Shown piece by piece: positions 12,708 through 21,743 of a stretch of DNA of 24,000 nucleotides. The DNA comes from Acinetobacter phage Bestia. The notes under the pieces were generated by a model. It ran no database searches and had not been told where the DNA came from. It was given only the letters and a program-made list of their open reading frames with translations. The stretch lies in sequence record MW316733.1; one strand, written 5' to 3'. Position numbers and translations under genes: made by a program. How positions within the stretch are numbered: position 1 is the first letter of the stretch; each line of letters begins with the position of its first letter.

Positions 12708-14282
12708 ATGTCAAGAGCACACAGTATTATGCGCTTGAGTGAATCTGTTTTCAATACCCCACAATACATGCTTCCAGAGCACTTTGAAAAGCTTACCAGT
12801 TATATGATTGATCGTAACACTGGTAAGTTAGCTTGGCAAGTAGATATTGGTGCTGAAAAAGAAAGAGCAGCAAAAGAAAAAGCTGAAAAGGATAAAGATA
12901 AGGTTTTAGCCTTAGATCCAGTTAAAGCAAATTCATTCAAACGACCTGACTTCTCACAGTATCCTGAAGAAACTCGTGAGCAAGCTCGACAAGATTATTA
13001 TGACTTCATTCAATATGATCCTAAGAATAAATTAGGTGTTTTAAATATTGAAGGTACGACTGTTTACAGAAGTACCCCCTTCGAGGCTATGTGTGGGATG
13101 ACCTCTTACCAAAGACTCGAACGTACTATCAAGGCACAAATAGCAGAGGGTGCTAAAACCATCCTCATGTATGTTGATAGTGGAGGTGGTGAAGCATTCG
13201 GAAATATTGAAACAGCAGTTAACTTGAGAAATATTGCAGATGCATCTGGGGCTAAATTAATAGCCTATATCGATGGTAAGTCTGCTTCAGCAGCTTATGC
13301 TTTATCAGTAGTAGCTCATACAGTGGTAGCAAATCCAGACTCAGAAGTGGGTTCAATTGGGGTTGTTGCTTCACTGATTGAGGATACCACAAAAGAAGAA
13401 GGTATACAAACAATCACACTCTTTAGAGGTGATAACAAAGTAGCAACTGATGATGAAGGACGTTTTAAAGAAGGCTTCATTCAGAGAGTGAACAATACAC
13501 TTGATCGTTTGTATGGTGTATTCACAGGACACGTAGCTAAGTACAGAAATATGGATGTCAAGGATGTTGTAGCAACACAAGCTTCTATGTATACCGCAGA
13601 GAAAGCCCTAGAGGTTGGCTTGGTGGATGTATTAATGACTCGTGCAGATTTCTTTGGTGATTACCTTCCAAGACAAACCCAAAGAGTTAACTCTTTAAGT
13701 TTCAGTCCGTTTGCTGAAACTACCAAGTTCAAAACAACATGTGAGGATGTAAAACAAATGGACGTAAAAGATTTAGATTTAAACCAAAAAGATAATCCAG
13801 AAGTGGTAACCCTGCAAAAATCTGAATATGAAGATTTGATGACTAAGGTTTCTGCTACTGATGAACAAATTAAATTGGCTATTGATGCTGCATTAGCTGA
13901 ACAGGCTGATACACACCAACAAGCACTTCAAGCATTACAAGCTGATATTGCACAAAAAGAAGTTGACTTACAAGCTTTAACTGAACGTGCACAACTAGCT
14001 GAACAAAGTTTAATTGATCTAAAACATGAAACTTTAATGGCTGACCGCAGAGAAAAACTTGAGAAAGTTCTTGCAGTTGATCAAGTAGAAGGTGCAATGC
14101 AACTGGCTGCTACATTTAGTGATGAGCAATTCGAAGCTTATCATGCAACACTTTCAAGTGTTTACCAAAAATCAAAAGACAGTCTTAAAGAGAAGGGTAC
14201 AAAGGCAAATGATGAAGATCCTACCAAAGATTATTCTTCTATTTTAGGTGCTGCAATTCAAAAACACAATCAATCTCGATAA
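12708..14282 (+). CDS. Head maturation protease (S49/SppA-like) with C-terminal scaffold-like domain
   Basis: MYVDSGGGEAFGN, IDGKSASAAYALSVVA and NPDSEVGSIGVVASL motifs. C-terminus is a long Ala/Gln/Glu-rich coiled coil. Confidence 0.87.
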   Translation: MSRAHSIMRLSESVFNTPQYMLPEHFEKLTSYMIDRNTGKLAWQVDIGAEKERAAKEKAEKDKDKVLALDPVKANSFKRPDFSQYPEETREQARQDYYDFIQYDPKNKLGVLNIEGTTVYRSTPFEAMCGMTSYQRLERTIKAQIAEGAKTILMYVDSGGGEAFGNIETAVNLRNIADASGAKLIAYIDGKSASAAYALSVVAHTVVANPDSEVGSIGVVASLIEDTTKEEGIQTITLFRGDNKVATDDEGRFKEGFIQRVNNTLDRLYGVFTGHVAKYRNMDVKDVVATQASMYTAEKALEVGLVDVLMTRADFFGDYLPRQTQRVNSLSFSPFAETTKFKTTCEDVKQMDVKDLDLNQKDNPEVVTLQKSEYEDLMTKVSATDEQIKLAIDAALAEQADTHQQALQALQADIAQKEVDLQALTERAQLAEQSLIDLKHETLMADRREKLEKVLAVDQVEGAMQLAATFSDEQFEAYHATLSSVYQKSKDSLKEKGTKANDEDPTKDYSSILGAAIQKHNQSR

Positions 14283-14300
14283 TTAGAGGAAGTTCAACAT

Positions 14301-14765
14301 ATGGCAACTTTAGATTTAAATGCATTGTTTAATCTTGGTCACACCGAGTTTTCTGATGTTTTCCAGACTGAAGCTGGTACAACTATTGGTTATGTTCGTA
14401 AGAACATCACAGTAACAGGTACGGCTGGTACAACTTTACAAATCGGTCACATCTTACAAGATAATGGAGATGGTACTGCCACAATCCCTGCAACTACAGC
14501 TTCAATTACAAACCCTGTAATTTACTGTGGTGATGACCCTTACAAACAACAAGCTGATGGTAAGCGTGACTGGAATTCAAATACAACTGTATTCACAGCA
14601 GATAACCTTACACAAGATGTTGTAGTTGTTTATCGTGGTCGTGTTGGTGTAGGTACATCTTACCTAGTATTCCCTGCCGATGTAACTCCAGCTACTCGTG
14701 CAGCAGTTTACAAAGCTCTTGACGACAAAGGCTTCAAGATCATCAGACAAATCGCTAAATACTAA
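14301..14765 (+). CDS. Head decoration protein
   Basis: 154 aa beta-rich protein between protease and major capsid gene. Confidence 0.65.
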   Translation: MATLDLNALFNLGHTEFSDVFQTEAGTTIGYVRKNITVTGTAGTTLQIGHILQDNGDGTATIPATTASITNPVIYCGDDPYKQQADGKRDWNSNTTVFTADNLTQDVVVVYRGRVGVGTSYLVFPADVTPATRAAVYKALDDKGFKIIRQIAKY

Positions 14766-14810
14766 TTTTAAGATATTTACGAAAAATAGTCAAAAGGAAT
14801 TGATGGTGGG

Positions 14811-14840
14811 TGGGATGAATTTGTTTCGCCACTCATCCCA
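14811..14840 (+). promoter_or_regulatory. Hairpin between decoration and capsid genes
   Basis: TGGGATGA (14811-14818)/TCATCCCA (14833-14840) perfect 8 bp, 14-nt loop, no T-run. Confidence 0.5.
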
Positions 14841-14870
14841 TAACACTTTCAAATATGAGGAATTTATAAT

Positions 14871-15941
14871 ATGCCAACTATTCGCAATCCATTAGATTTC
14901 AGCACTACTCTTGATCTTACTGATGCTATTAATGAGATCGTACCAGAGTATGGTGCTTTTAACAACTCTGGATTATTTAATAAACGTGGTACAACTCAGG
15001 AAGCTGTACTTTACGAAATCAACCAAGGCGCTCGTAGCTCAATGGTTGGTACAACTTCTCGTAGAGAACGTAACACTGTTAAAGACGCTCGTGGGCGTGT
15101 TAAACAACAAGCTCTCTACATTCCTTACATCAAACACAGCGCACAAATCGCTCGTGAAGATGTAGCGTATGTTGTACGTGACTGGAAAGAGCTTACTGTT
15201 GAATCAGTAACAGAGTTATACGTAGACAAGCTTGCAAGCTTACGTAGAAACTTAGAGCAATCTCATGAATATATGGCTGTAACAGCTACACAAGGTATCA
15301 CTCGTGATCCTCTAGATGGTTCTGTGATTGTTGACATGTTCGCTATCAATGGCGTTACACAAACAGTTCATACTTGGAACTTCACTGACCCTAACTTCGA
15401 CCTTATTGGTGCGATTCGTAAGTTAAAAACTGACTTAACTCGTGCTAACCTTTGGGGTGGTGTGATTCAGTCAGTGGACGTACCAGTAGGTGAAGCGTTG
15501 TTTAATGCTATCGTAACACACCCTCAATTAGCTGAACTTTATGTTCTTGCTATGACTGGTCGTGGTCAAGAAGCAATCAACAACTCTCGTCCTTGGGCGA
15601 CAGAAACAATGACTCGTTACGGTATTGCTTCTACGTTTACATTTGATGGTGTACGTTTCATGACTTACCCTTCAACATTCCGTACAGAGCAAGGTGACTT
15701 GATTGAACCTATCGCTAATAACGAAGGTCACACAATTGTACGTGGTTTATCTGGTATGTATGAAGCTCGCTTCGCTCCAGACAACAACCTTGACACAATT
15801 GGTCAAGTAGGTCAAGAGATTTTCGCATGGCGTACTCCATTGATCGAACGTCACCACTTCGAAATCATCACTGAAACAAGCCCAATCTACTTCGCTACAC
15901 ATCCTGAATTAATCTTCAAGATCGTAGGTACATTGGCTTAA
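14871..15941 (+). CDS. Major capsid protein (lambda gpE-like family)
   Basis: 356 aa. IPYIKHSAQIAREDV..., LRRNLEQSHEYMAVTATQG, IANNEGHTIVRGLSGMYEARFAPD. Confidence 0.85.
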   Translation: MPTIRNPLDFSTTLDLTDAINEIVPEYGAFNNSGLFNKRGTTQEAVLYEINQGARSSMVGTTSRRERNTVKDARGRVKQQALYIPYIKHSAQIAREDVAYVVRDWKELTVESVTELYVDKLASLRRNLEQSHEYMAVTATQGITRDPLDGSVIVDMFAINGVTQTVHTWNFTDPNFDLIGAIRKLKTDLTRANLWGGVIQSVDVPVGEALFNAIVTHPQLAELYVLAMTGRGQEAINNSRPWATETMTRYGIASTFTFDGVRFMTYPSTFRTEQGDLIEPIANNEGHTIVRGLSGMYEARFAPDNNLDTIGQVGQEIFAWRTPLIERHHFEIITETSPIYFATHPELIFKIVGTLA

Positions 15942-15961
15942 TCAGTCAAATGAATAACCTT

Positions 15962-15987
15962 CTAGGCTATCTTTCTAGGTAGCCTAG
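15962..15987 (+). promoter_or_regulatory. Hairpin downstream of major capsid gene
   Basis: CTAGGCTA (15962-15969)/TAGCCTAG (15980-15987), 10-nt loop, no strong T-run. Confidence 0.55.
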
Positions 15988-16058
15988 ATAACTTTATCTA
16001 AAGGCATTTCATAAGGTTTAGAGATGTTTTTACATAAAGTTATTTCTAGGAGAATGTA

Positions 16059-16607
16059 ATGACATTTACATATACAGGCGATCCATCAAACAACAAAGTC
16101 GATGAGCTTAGATTACTCTTAGGTGACTTAGATGAAAGACAACCAATCTACCAAGATGAAGAGATTCAATACTTTTTAGATCAAGCTGATGGTAACGTGA
16201 AGGTAGCCTTCTACTTAGCTATTGGTGCTATGATTCCAAAGTTTACCCGAATGGCTAGAGAAAGGGCTGGACAAATCGAAGTCTATGCTGGTGATTACTT
16301 CAACCACTACTTACAGTGGATTAAGATGTTAATGAAGCCAACTTCACCATCATTCCAGTTAAGAGAAGATGCTCTTTTCTATGGTGGTATTGAGAAGGCT
16401 CAGTCACAGCAATACTTCCTAGACCCTTCTATTGTTGCACAACCATTCTATAGAGGACAATTCTTCAGAATGCCAACTATGATGGGATATCGTAGATTAA
16501 CCCCTACGGGATTCGCTGAGGTTGATGAAAGTGGAAGACTTTTAGGTTTTGTGAGAGATGTAGCACTACCAGCAGTTATTGATGATTCTGATGTGCCAAA
16601 TCCTTAA
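16059..16607 (+). CDS. Head-tail connector-like protein
   Basis: 182 aa. DELRLLLGDLDERQPIYQDEEIQYFLDQADGNVKVAFYLAIGAM is typical of head-tail adaptor proteins. Confidence 0.65.
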   Translation: MTFTYTGDPSNNKVDELRLLLGDLDERQPIYQDEEIQYFLDQADGNVKVAFYLAIGAMIPKFTRMARERAGQIEVYAGDYFNHYLQWIKMLMKPTSPSFQLREDALFYGGIEKAQSQQYFLDPSIVAQPFYRGQFFRMPTMMGYRRLTPTGFAEVDESGRLLGFVRDVALPAVIDDSDVPNP

Positions 16608-16616
16608 GGAGTAAGT

Positions 16617-17222
16617 ATGGCTAGGGGTGGATTACCTGAATGGCAAAAGGCCAGATACAGAACAACATATGCTGGAAAGAAAGCCTATACGGTTAGACAT
16701 AAGAACCTAACCATGCATGTGAATACTGAAAAGTTAGAAGCCCTGAAAGGTGAACTTGTTAACCTATCTCTTCAACATGTACGTTACGGTATTGTGGATG
16801 ATAATAGATATCCTACAAGTGACCCTAGAGGTAGAGGTGGGATGTATGTAGCAACCATTTGGAAACGTCTTGAGTTTGGTTCAGTAGATGAGATCAATGG
16901 TAAAGCCAGAGTTATTCCACCACGACCAACATTTACACAACATGTGCACACTGGTGGTAAAGGGACAGCAAAACTTGTGATGATGGATATCATGCACGAT
17001 GTCTTTACAGGTAAATCTGTTAGGGATAAAGCATGGGTGAAGTTAGGTTTAGCAATGCAATCTCGTCTTAAATTCGATGTAATGACTCAGAAAGGTTTTG
17101 TTCCATTGAAGTTACCTAGTTGGTCCGATAGATCCCCAACAGACTTCTATAATGATACAGGTCATTTAATTAGAAGTATTTCTTATCGAATTATGCCTAT
17201 AGGTTTAGATTTTAGCAAGTGA
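16617..17222 (+). CDS. Neck / minor tail (HK97 gp10-like) protein
   Basis: 201 aa. YVATIWKRLEFGSVDE...IPPRPTFTQHV matches the FGS...IPARPF pattern of gp10-like proteins. Confidence 0.55.
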   Translation: MARGGLPEWQKARYRTTYAGKKAYTVRHKNLTMHVNTEKLEALKGELVNLSLQHVRYGIVDDNRYPTSDPRGRGGMYVATIWKRLEFGSVDEINGKARVIPPRPTFTQHVHTGGKGTAKLVMMDIMHDVFTGKSVRDKAWVKLGLAMQSRLKFDVMTQKGFVPLKLPSWSDRSPTDFYNDTGHLIRSISYRIMPIGLDFSK

Positions 17223-17240
17223 TTTAGTGGAGATTAAAAT

Positions 17241-17651
17241 ATGGAAATTATGCCACTATCATCACCTACGGGGCGTGTCAATTTAAAAGTATTGAGACAT
17301 GTTGGTGGGTATTACGATGAAGATGGGATGTGGGTTGGTGGTCAATATCAAGAGATCTCTGTTATTGCCAATGTTCAACCAGCTAACAGATGGAACGTAC
17401 AACAACAATTAAAAGAAGGGGACAGACAGAAAGATACAATCTTAGTTCTCTGTTACGACAATCTTGTCAAGGCAGATGATAGGGCTGATCCTTCAGGGAA
17501 TCCTCAAGTTAAAACCAAAGCTGATATTGTTGTCTGGAAAGATAAATACTATGAGGTAAAAACAGCAGAACCTTATGAAATGGGTGTGCTCAATCACTGT
17601 GAATGTATTTGTGTAAGGCTAGATGATGAATCACCATTTATTGGAGGTTAA
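17241..17651 (+). CDS. Putative head closure / neck protein
   Basis: 136 aa, positional. Confidence 0.45.
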   Translation: MEIMPLSSPTGRVNLKVLRHVGGYYDEDGMWVGGQYQEISVIANVQPANRWNVQQQLKEGDRQKDTILVLCYDNLVKADDRADPSGNPQVKTKADIVVWKDKYYEVKTAEPYEMGVLNHCECICVRLDDESPFIGG

Positions 17652-17653
17652 TC

Positions 17654-18220
17654 ATGCAAGACAGAAGACAATTCTCAAGAGCATTTAGAGAGTTGATGCC
17701 AGATGTACAGTTCTACTGGTCTGGACAAGAAGGTGTAAAACTAACTCCCCCAATGGTTCTATTTGATGTTTTAGCCGATGAAATTGTTGGTATGGGTGAA
17801 AAACCAACCTCAACCGCACCAAGAGATGTAGCTGGTGATACTGACTATGTTGGACGTTATGGGGAAACTAGAGAGGTAGTCGTTCGGGTTTCCTTTATAG
17901 GTAAATTTACTGATAGCACATATGCTAATTCCAGAAAGTTTATGGCAATCGTAAAAAGTTTTCAAGGAAGAAGTGCATTTTACCGACAGGGATTGTCTTT
18001 AGCAGGTGTCTCTCCGATGAGGCCAGTTGATGTTTCTACAGAGACTACAGCCTATACAAACAACTATGTGGATCTTACCCTTAGATATAAATCAATCTTT
18101 GAATTTAATTTAGAGCCTATTGAAGAAGTAGAAGTGAGCCATGTTCTCACTATTGACGAAGATTTAGGGACTCCAGAACCTGACTACACAATAACAGGTA
18201 CAAACACTATCACCAGATAA
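17654..18220 (+). CDS. Putative tail terminator / neck protein
   Basis: 188 aa, upstream of sheath. VVVRVSFIGKFTDSTYANSRKFMAIVKSFQGR. Confidence 0.5.
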   Translation: MQDRRQFSRAFRELMPDVQFYWSGQEGVKLTPPMVLFDVLADEIVGMGEKPTSTAPRDVAGDTDYVGRYGETREVVVRVSFIGKFTDSTYANSRKFMAIVKSFQGRSAFYRQGLSLAGVSPMRPVDVSTETTAYTNNYVDLTLRYKSIFEFNLEPIEEVEVSHVLTIDEDLGTPEPDYTITGTNTITR

Positions 18221-18233
18221 AAGAGGAAGAAAA

Positions 18234-19262
18234 ATGGCTTCAAAACTTTCTGAAGTAGTGAATGTTGTTATTAGAAGAGAGACTAGTTTCATCCGTGAAG
18301 CTGATTTAAACACAATGGCTATTGTCTCAAATAACACAACATTTACAGATGCATACCGCATCTACACTAATATTGATCAAATTTTAGATGATGGCTTTGA
18401 TACAGATTCTTATGTTTATAAAGCAGCAGCAATGGCTTTTGGACAAGAAATTAAACCAGCTAAGATTGTTGTTACAGGTGGTGCTGTTGCAACTGGCGAG
18501 TATGTTACAAAGCTTACAAGTACATTAAGTGCATATAACCAATTTTTATACGTTGTCACAGATGCTACAGCAGATGCAGATATTCTTGCAATTGCAGCTT
18601 ATGTGGAAACACAAGAGTTATTTTATGGAGTTACTATGACTGATATTACAGCACAAGGCAACTTGATGACTCAGCTAAAAACTCTTGGCTACGATCGTAC
18701 ACTTGTTTTATTCAATGAAAATACTACAGGAACTATCCCAGAAGCTGGATGGATTGCTAGATTCGGTTCTGAGCAAGCTGGAAGTATCACTTGGGTTCTT
18801 AAACCAGTCAAAGGTCTTTTACCATCAAAACTTTCTGAAACACAGAAAACATTCTTAGAGACCAATAACGTTTCATGGCTAGACAGTTATGAAGACGATG
18901 CAGTTATCTCTAATCGTGGTGGTAAGGTTGCTTCTGGTGAGTGGATTGATGTAATGCTTGGGGTTCAGTGGATTATCACTCGCTTGAGAGAAGCAGTTTA
19001 CAACGTTCTAAGAAACCAACGTAAAGTAGGTATGAGTAATGAAGGGGTTGCTTTAATTGAGGCACCGATTCGTAGAGTTTTAGAACAAGCTATCCTGTTT
19101 GGTATCTTGGCAAGAGAACCACAATATTCTCTTATCATGCCTGATGTTCTAGCATTGACACCAGCAGAACGTAACTCTCGTAAACTTAAAGGCATCACTT
19201 TCAGAGCTAGACTTGAAGGTGCTATTCACTATGTTGACATTGAAGGTACTGTTTACCCTTAA
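18234..19262 (+). CDS. Contractile tail sheath protein (DUF3383-like)
   Basis: 342 aa. Overall organisation and MALSIVSN-like start, GWIARFGSEQAGSITWVLKPVKG..., GVQWIITRLREAVYNVLRNQRKVGMSNEG. Confidence 0.8.
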   Translation: MASKLSEVVNVVIRRETSFIREADLNTMAIVSNNTTFTDAYRIYTNIDQILDDGFDTDSYVYKAAAMAFGQEIKPAKIVVTGGAVATGEYVTKLTSTLSAYNQFLYVVTDATADADILAIAAYVETQELFYGVTMTDITAQGNLMTQLKTLGYDRTLVLFNENTTGTIPEAGWIARFGSEQAGSITWVLKPVKGLLPSKLSETQKTFLETNNVSWLDSYEDDAVISNRGGKVASGEWIDVMLGVQWIITRLREAVYNVLRNQRKVGMSNEGVALIEAPIRRVLEQAILFGILAREPQYSLIMPDVLALTPAERNSRKLKGITFRARLEGAIHYVDIEGTVYP

Positions 19263-19299
19263 TCCGAGGGTAAACTTACTTAAAATAAGGAGAGTTTAG

Positions 19300-19827
19300 A
19301 TGGCTGAACAAAACTTAGGTACATACAGTGCTGAAGAAGTTCAAGTAATTTTAGAGCAAGAAAGTACAGGTCTAGTTTATAGGGTTGTAGGTTTCATGGA
19401 AGATTCTATGGTTACTATAACACCTTCAGTAGATACATACACACCATACAATGGTGCAGATAATACTGGTGCCCGTATTCACAATGGTAACAGAAGTGCA
19501 AACGTGGTTTTATCTCTACAACAAACTTCACCTTCGAACGATGTCTTAACAAGACTACTTCAAAAGGATGTTCGTTCACGTAGAAATGAAGGTCTCTTCT
19601 CAGTAATGATTAAGGATGCTTCTGGACGTACTGTTGCGACAGCACGACAAGCATACATTACAAGACTACCAGAAATCACTTACACAAACAACATGTCAGT
19701 GCGTGAATGGAATATTTATGCATACAACTCAGAAATCTTCGTTGGTGGTAACGCTATGTTAGAACCAGAAGTTGTAGATGCTTTAACAACACTTGAAGCA
19801 CCTATCGACAACACTTGGGTTGACTAA
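19300..19827 (+). CDS. Tail tube-like protein 1
   Basis: 175 aa. ANVVLSLQQTSPSNDVLTRLLQKD...NNMSVREWNIYAYN, next to the sheath gene. Confidence 0.7.
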   Translation: MAEQNLGTYSAEEVQVILEQESTGLVYRVVGFMEDSMVTITPSVDTYTPYNGADNTGARIHNGNRSANVVLSLQQTSPSNDVLTRLLQKDVRSRRNEGLFSVMIKDASGRTVATARQAYITRLPEITYTNNMSVREWNIYAYNSEIFVGGNAMLEPEVVDALTTLEAPIDNTWVD

Positions 19828-19832
19828 TGCTT

Positions 19833-19865
19833 GGGAGGGTTGGGTTTTCCTTCCCTCCCTTTTTG
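19833..19865 (+). terminator. Intrinsic terminator after tail tube gene 1
   Basis: GGGAGGG (19833-19839)/CCCTCCC (19853-19859) followed by TTTTTG. Confidence 0.85.
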
Positions 19866-19883
19866 TTTCTTTGAGAGGATATT

Positions 19884-20450
19884 ATGATCAATGAATTGAT
19901 GTATTACTCACCAATGGATGTGCAATTCACCATTCTTGGAAAAACCATTTCAGGTTATGCTGAAGACAACTTCATTGTGATTGAGCCTCAAAATGACACA
20001 TCAACCATGAAGGATTCTCTTGATGGTAGAGTGCAAATAACACAGAAACCTAATGCAATGTATACTGTAACTCTTTCATTGCAGCAGACATCACCAGATA
20101 ACACCCTATTGAGTGCACTACATACAATCTACAAGAGATTTGGTTCAACACTAAAACTACCATTGATTATTAAAGATCATAACACAGGGACCACAATGTA
20201 TGCAACTGATGTTTTCTTTAGAAGGGAACCTACAGTTACTTTTGGTTCAGGTATGAATGTACTTAACTGGGAGTTTAATGTAAAGAATCCTTCTTTTGTC
20301 ATTAGTGGTAACCCTATAGGTGATAATGATGATATTGAAAGAATGATCAACCAAGCTATTCAAATAGCTGGTTATTTAGATATTGACCTATCTTCAATTT
20401 TAGGAACTGTTAATAATCTTTTTGAAGATGTTAGAGACATATTTGTCTAG
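19884..20450 (+). CDS. Tail tube-like paralog 2
   Basis: 188 aa. YTVTLSLQQTSPDNTLLSALHTI...GSGMNVLNWEFNVKNP. Confidence 0.65.
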   Translation: MINELMYYSPMDVQFTILGKTISGYAEDNFIVIEPQNDTSTMKDSLDGRVQITQKPNAMYTVTLSLQQTSPDNTLLSALHTIYKRFGSTLKLPLIIKDHNTGTTMYATDVFFRREPTVTFGSGMNVLNWEFNVKNPSFVISGNPIGDNDDIERMINQAIQIAGYLDIDLSSILGTVNNLFEDVRDIFV

Positions 20451-20453
20451 GGA

Positions 20454-21068
20454 GTGAATTATATGGCTGATCTTGATTTTGATCAATACATCAAAGAAAA
20501 CCCCGACATCTTAGGTCAAACAGTTGATAGGGATTCCTTACTAGGTCCACAAGCTACAAATACTGTTTTAAAGTCATCAACAAAGGCTTCTGAGAGCTTT
20601 GGTAACTTTGTTAAGCAAACCCAAAGTGTTCTTAACAGTAGAGTTTTTACAACCCTTAAGAGGATTGCTGGAAAGATTATCTCTAATGGTGAGGGTTCTT
20701 ATGACCCTTCAAAGCATATCTTTTATGTTGGCGATTTAAAATTAGAGGGTGTTGTTGAATGTAGAATCAACTACCCTGATGTTTTCAAAACTTACGAAAG
20801 TATGGCAATTGGTGGAAACCCTGTAACCAGAAAAAGAAATGGCGTCATTACTATGGAGATTGTACTGCAAAGAACCTCTCCTAGTTGTAATGCACTTAAT
20901 CAAGCATGGGATATCATGTATAGGACTGGTAGGGGAAAACTTAAAATCCACATTGTCGATAATGGTGGTATTGGCCTAGATGGTGATGCCATTATTGTTA
21001 AAAAACCAGACAATACAATGGATATTGATGGTGCAGATTTTACATATACCTTTCAATTATTTAGATAA
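20454..21068 (+). CDS. Tail tube-like paralog 3
   Basis: 204 aa. TMEIVLQRTSPSCNALNQAWDIM...GADFTYTFQLF. Confidence 0.6.
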   Translation: MNYMADLDFDQYIKENPDILGQTVDRDSLLGPQATNTVLKSSTKASESFGNFVKQTQSVLNSRVFTTLKRIAGKIISNGEGSYDPSKHIFYVGDLKLEGVVECRINYPDVFKTYESMAIGGNPVTRKRNGVITMEIVLQRTSPSCNALNQAWDIMYRTGRGKLKIHIVDNGGIGLDGDAIIVKKPDNTMDIDGADFTYTFQLFR

Positions 21069-21087
21069 TATCTTTGTTATATAAGGA

Positions 21088-21519
21088 GTGAATATGACAC
21101 AAGAACTACAACGAGTTGTTACTGTTAACGACAAAGAATACACAATTCAAATCTTCAAGGGTGAAACCTCAATGGTTATTTTCCATGAGTTAAGCCGTGT
21201 AATCATCCCTTTCATTAAGGATTTACAGGATGCCTTCACAACTGAAGATGAAGCAGAAAAAAGTAAAATGATCTTGAGTGCTCTAGAGAAAGTATTCACT
21301 ACAGTGGATTATAACACAGCACTCAAACTCTTAAAAACTCTGGTAAGTCAAGTATATGGTGCCAATGGTCGTGTAATTGTTCCTAATGATGAATTCGCTA
21401 AGAACATTACTTCATGGTACTTGTTAGCTTGGGAAGTTATCTCATTCAACTACGCTGATGTTTTTTCCTTTCTCGGTTCAGGAGAGACAGCAGCAGACCT
21501 GAAACGAGACTTAATCTAA
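21088..21519 (+). CDS. Tail assembly chaperone (upstream product)
   Basis: 143 aa between tube-like and tape measure genes, followed by an overlapping -1 frame ORF. Confidence 0.6.
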   Translation: MNMTQELQRVVTVNDKEYTIQIFKGETSMVIFHELSRVIIPFIKDLQDAFTTEDEAEKSKMILSALEKVFTTVDYNTALKLLKTLVSQVYGANGRVIVPNDEFAKNITSWYLLAWEVISFNYADVFSFLGSGETAADLKRDLI

Positions 21520-21560
21520 AATTAAGAGCTGAACTTGACAAATTAGATGAAGAGTTCAGC

Positions 21561-21728
21561 ATGCCTCATGAATGGCTGCAAATACTTAGTGCTAAAAAAC
21601 CTTTGGTTACCTATATGGAATTAAGGAATATGACATGCTCTGAAGTATACGACATTCTTGAGTTGCAAGATAGTTTAGACCTCTACAGGGATGTTGCTGA
21701 ATATATCCAAGAGCAAAATAAAAAATAA
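21561..21728 (+). CDS. Tail assembly chaperone C-terminal segment (probable -1 frameshift product)
   Basis: Not in the supplied track. MPHEWLQILSAKKPLVTYMELRNMTCSEVYDILELQDSLDLYRDVAEYIQEQNKK. Frame is open from 21459, i.e. -1 relative to the upstream ORF, and overlaps its end. Confidence 0.55.
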   Translation: MPHEWLQILSAKKPLVTYMELRNMTCSEVYDILELQDSLDLYRDVAEYIQEQNKK

Positions 21729-21743
21729 TTGTGAGGTAATATA

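Noticed and set aside
14911-15165. 84-aa ORF inside the major capsid gene in another frame
   Set aside because: No RBS, low-complexity composition, fully covered by a well supported gene.
21457-21468. Canonical XXXYYYZ slippery heptamer at the T-run
   Set aside because: The T6 run is not in the phase needed for a classical simultaneous -1 slip. I keep the frameshift hypothesis but not a canonical heptamer claim.
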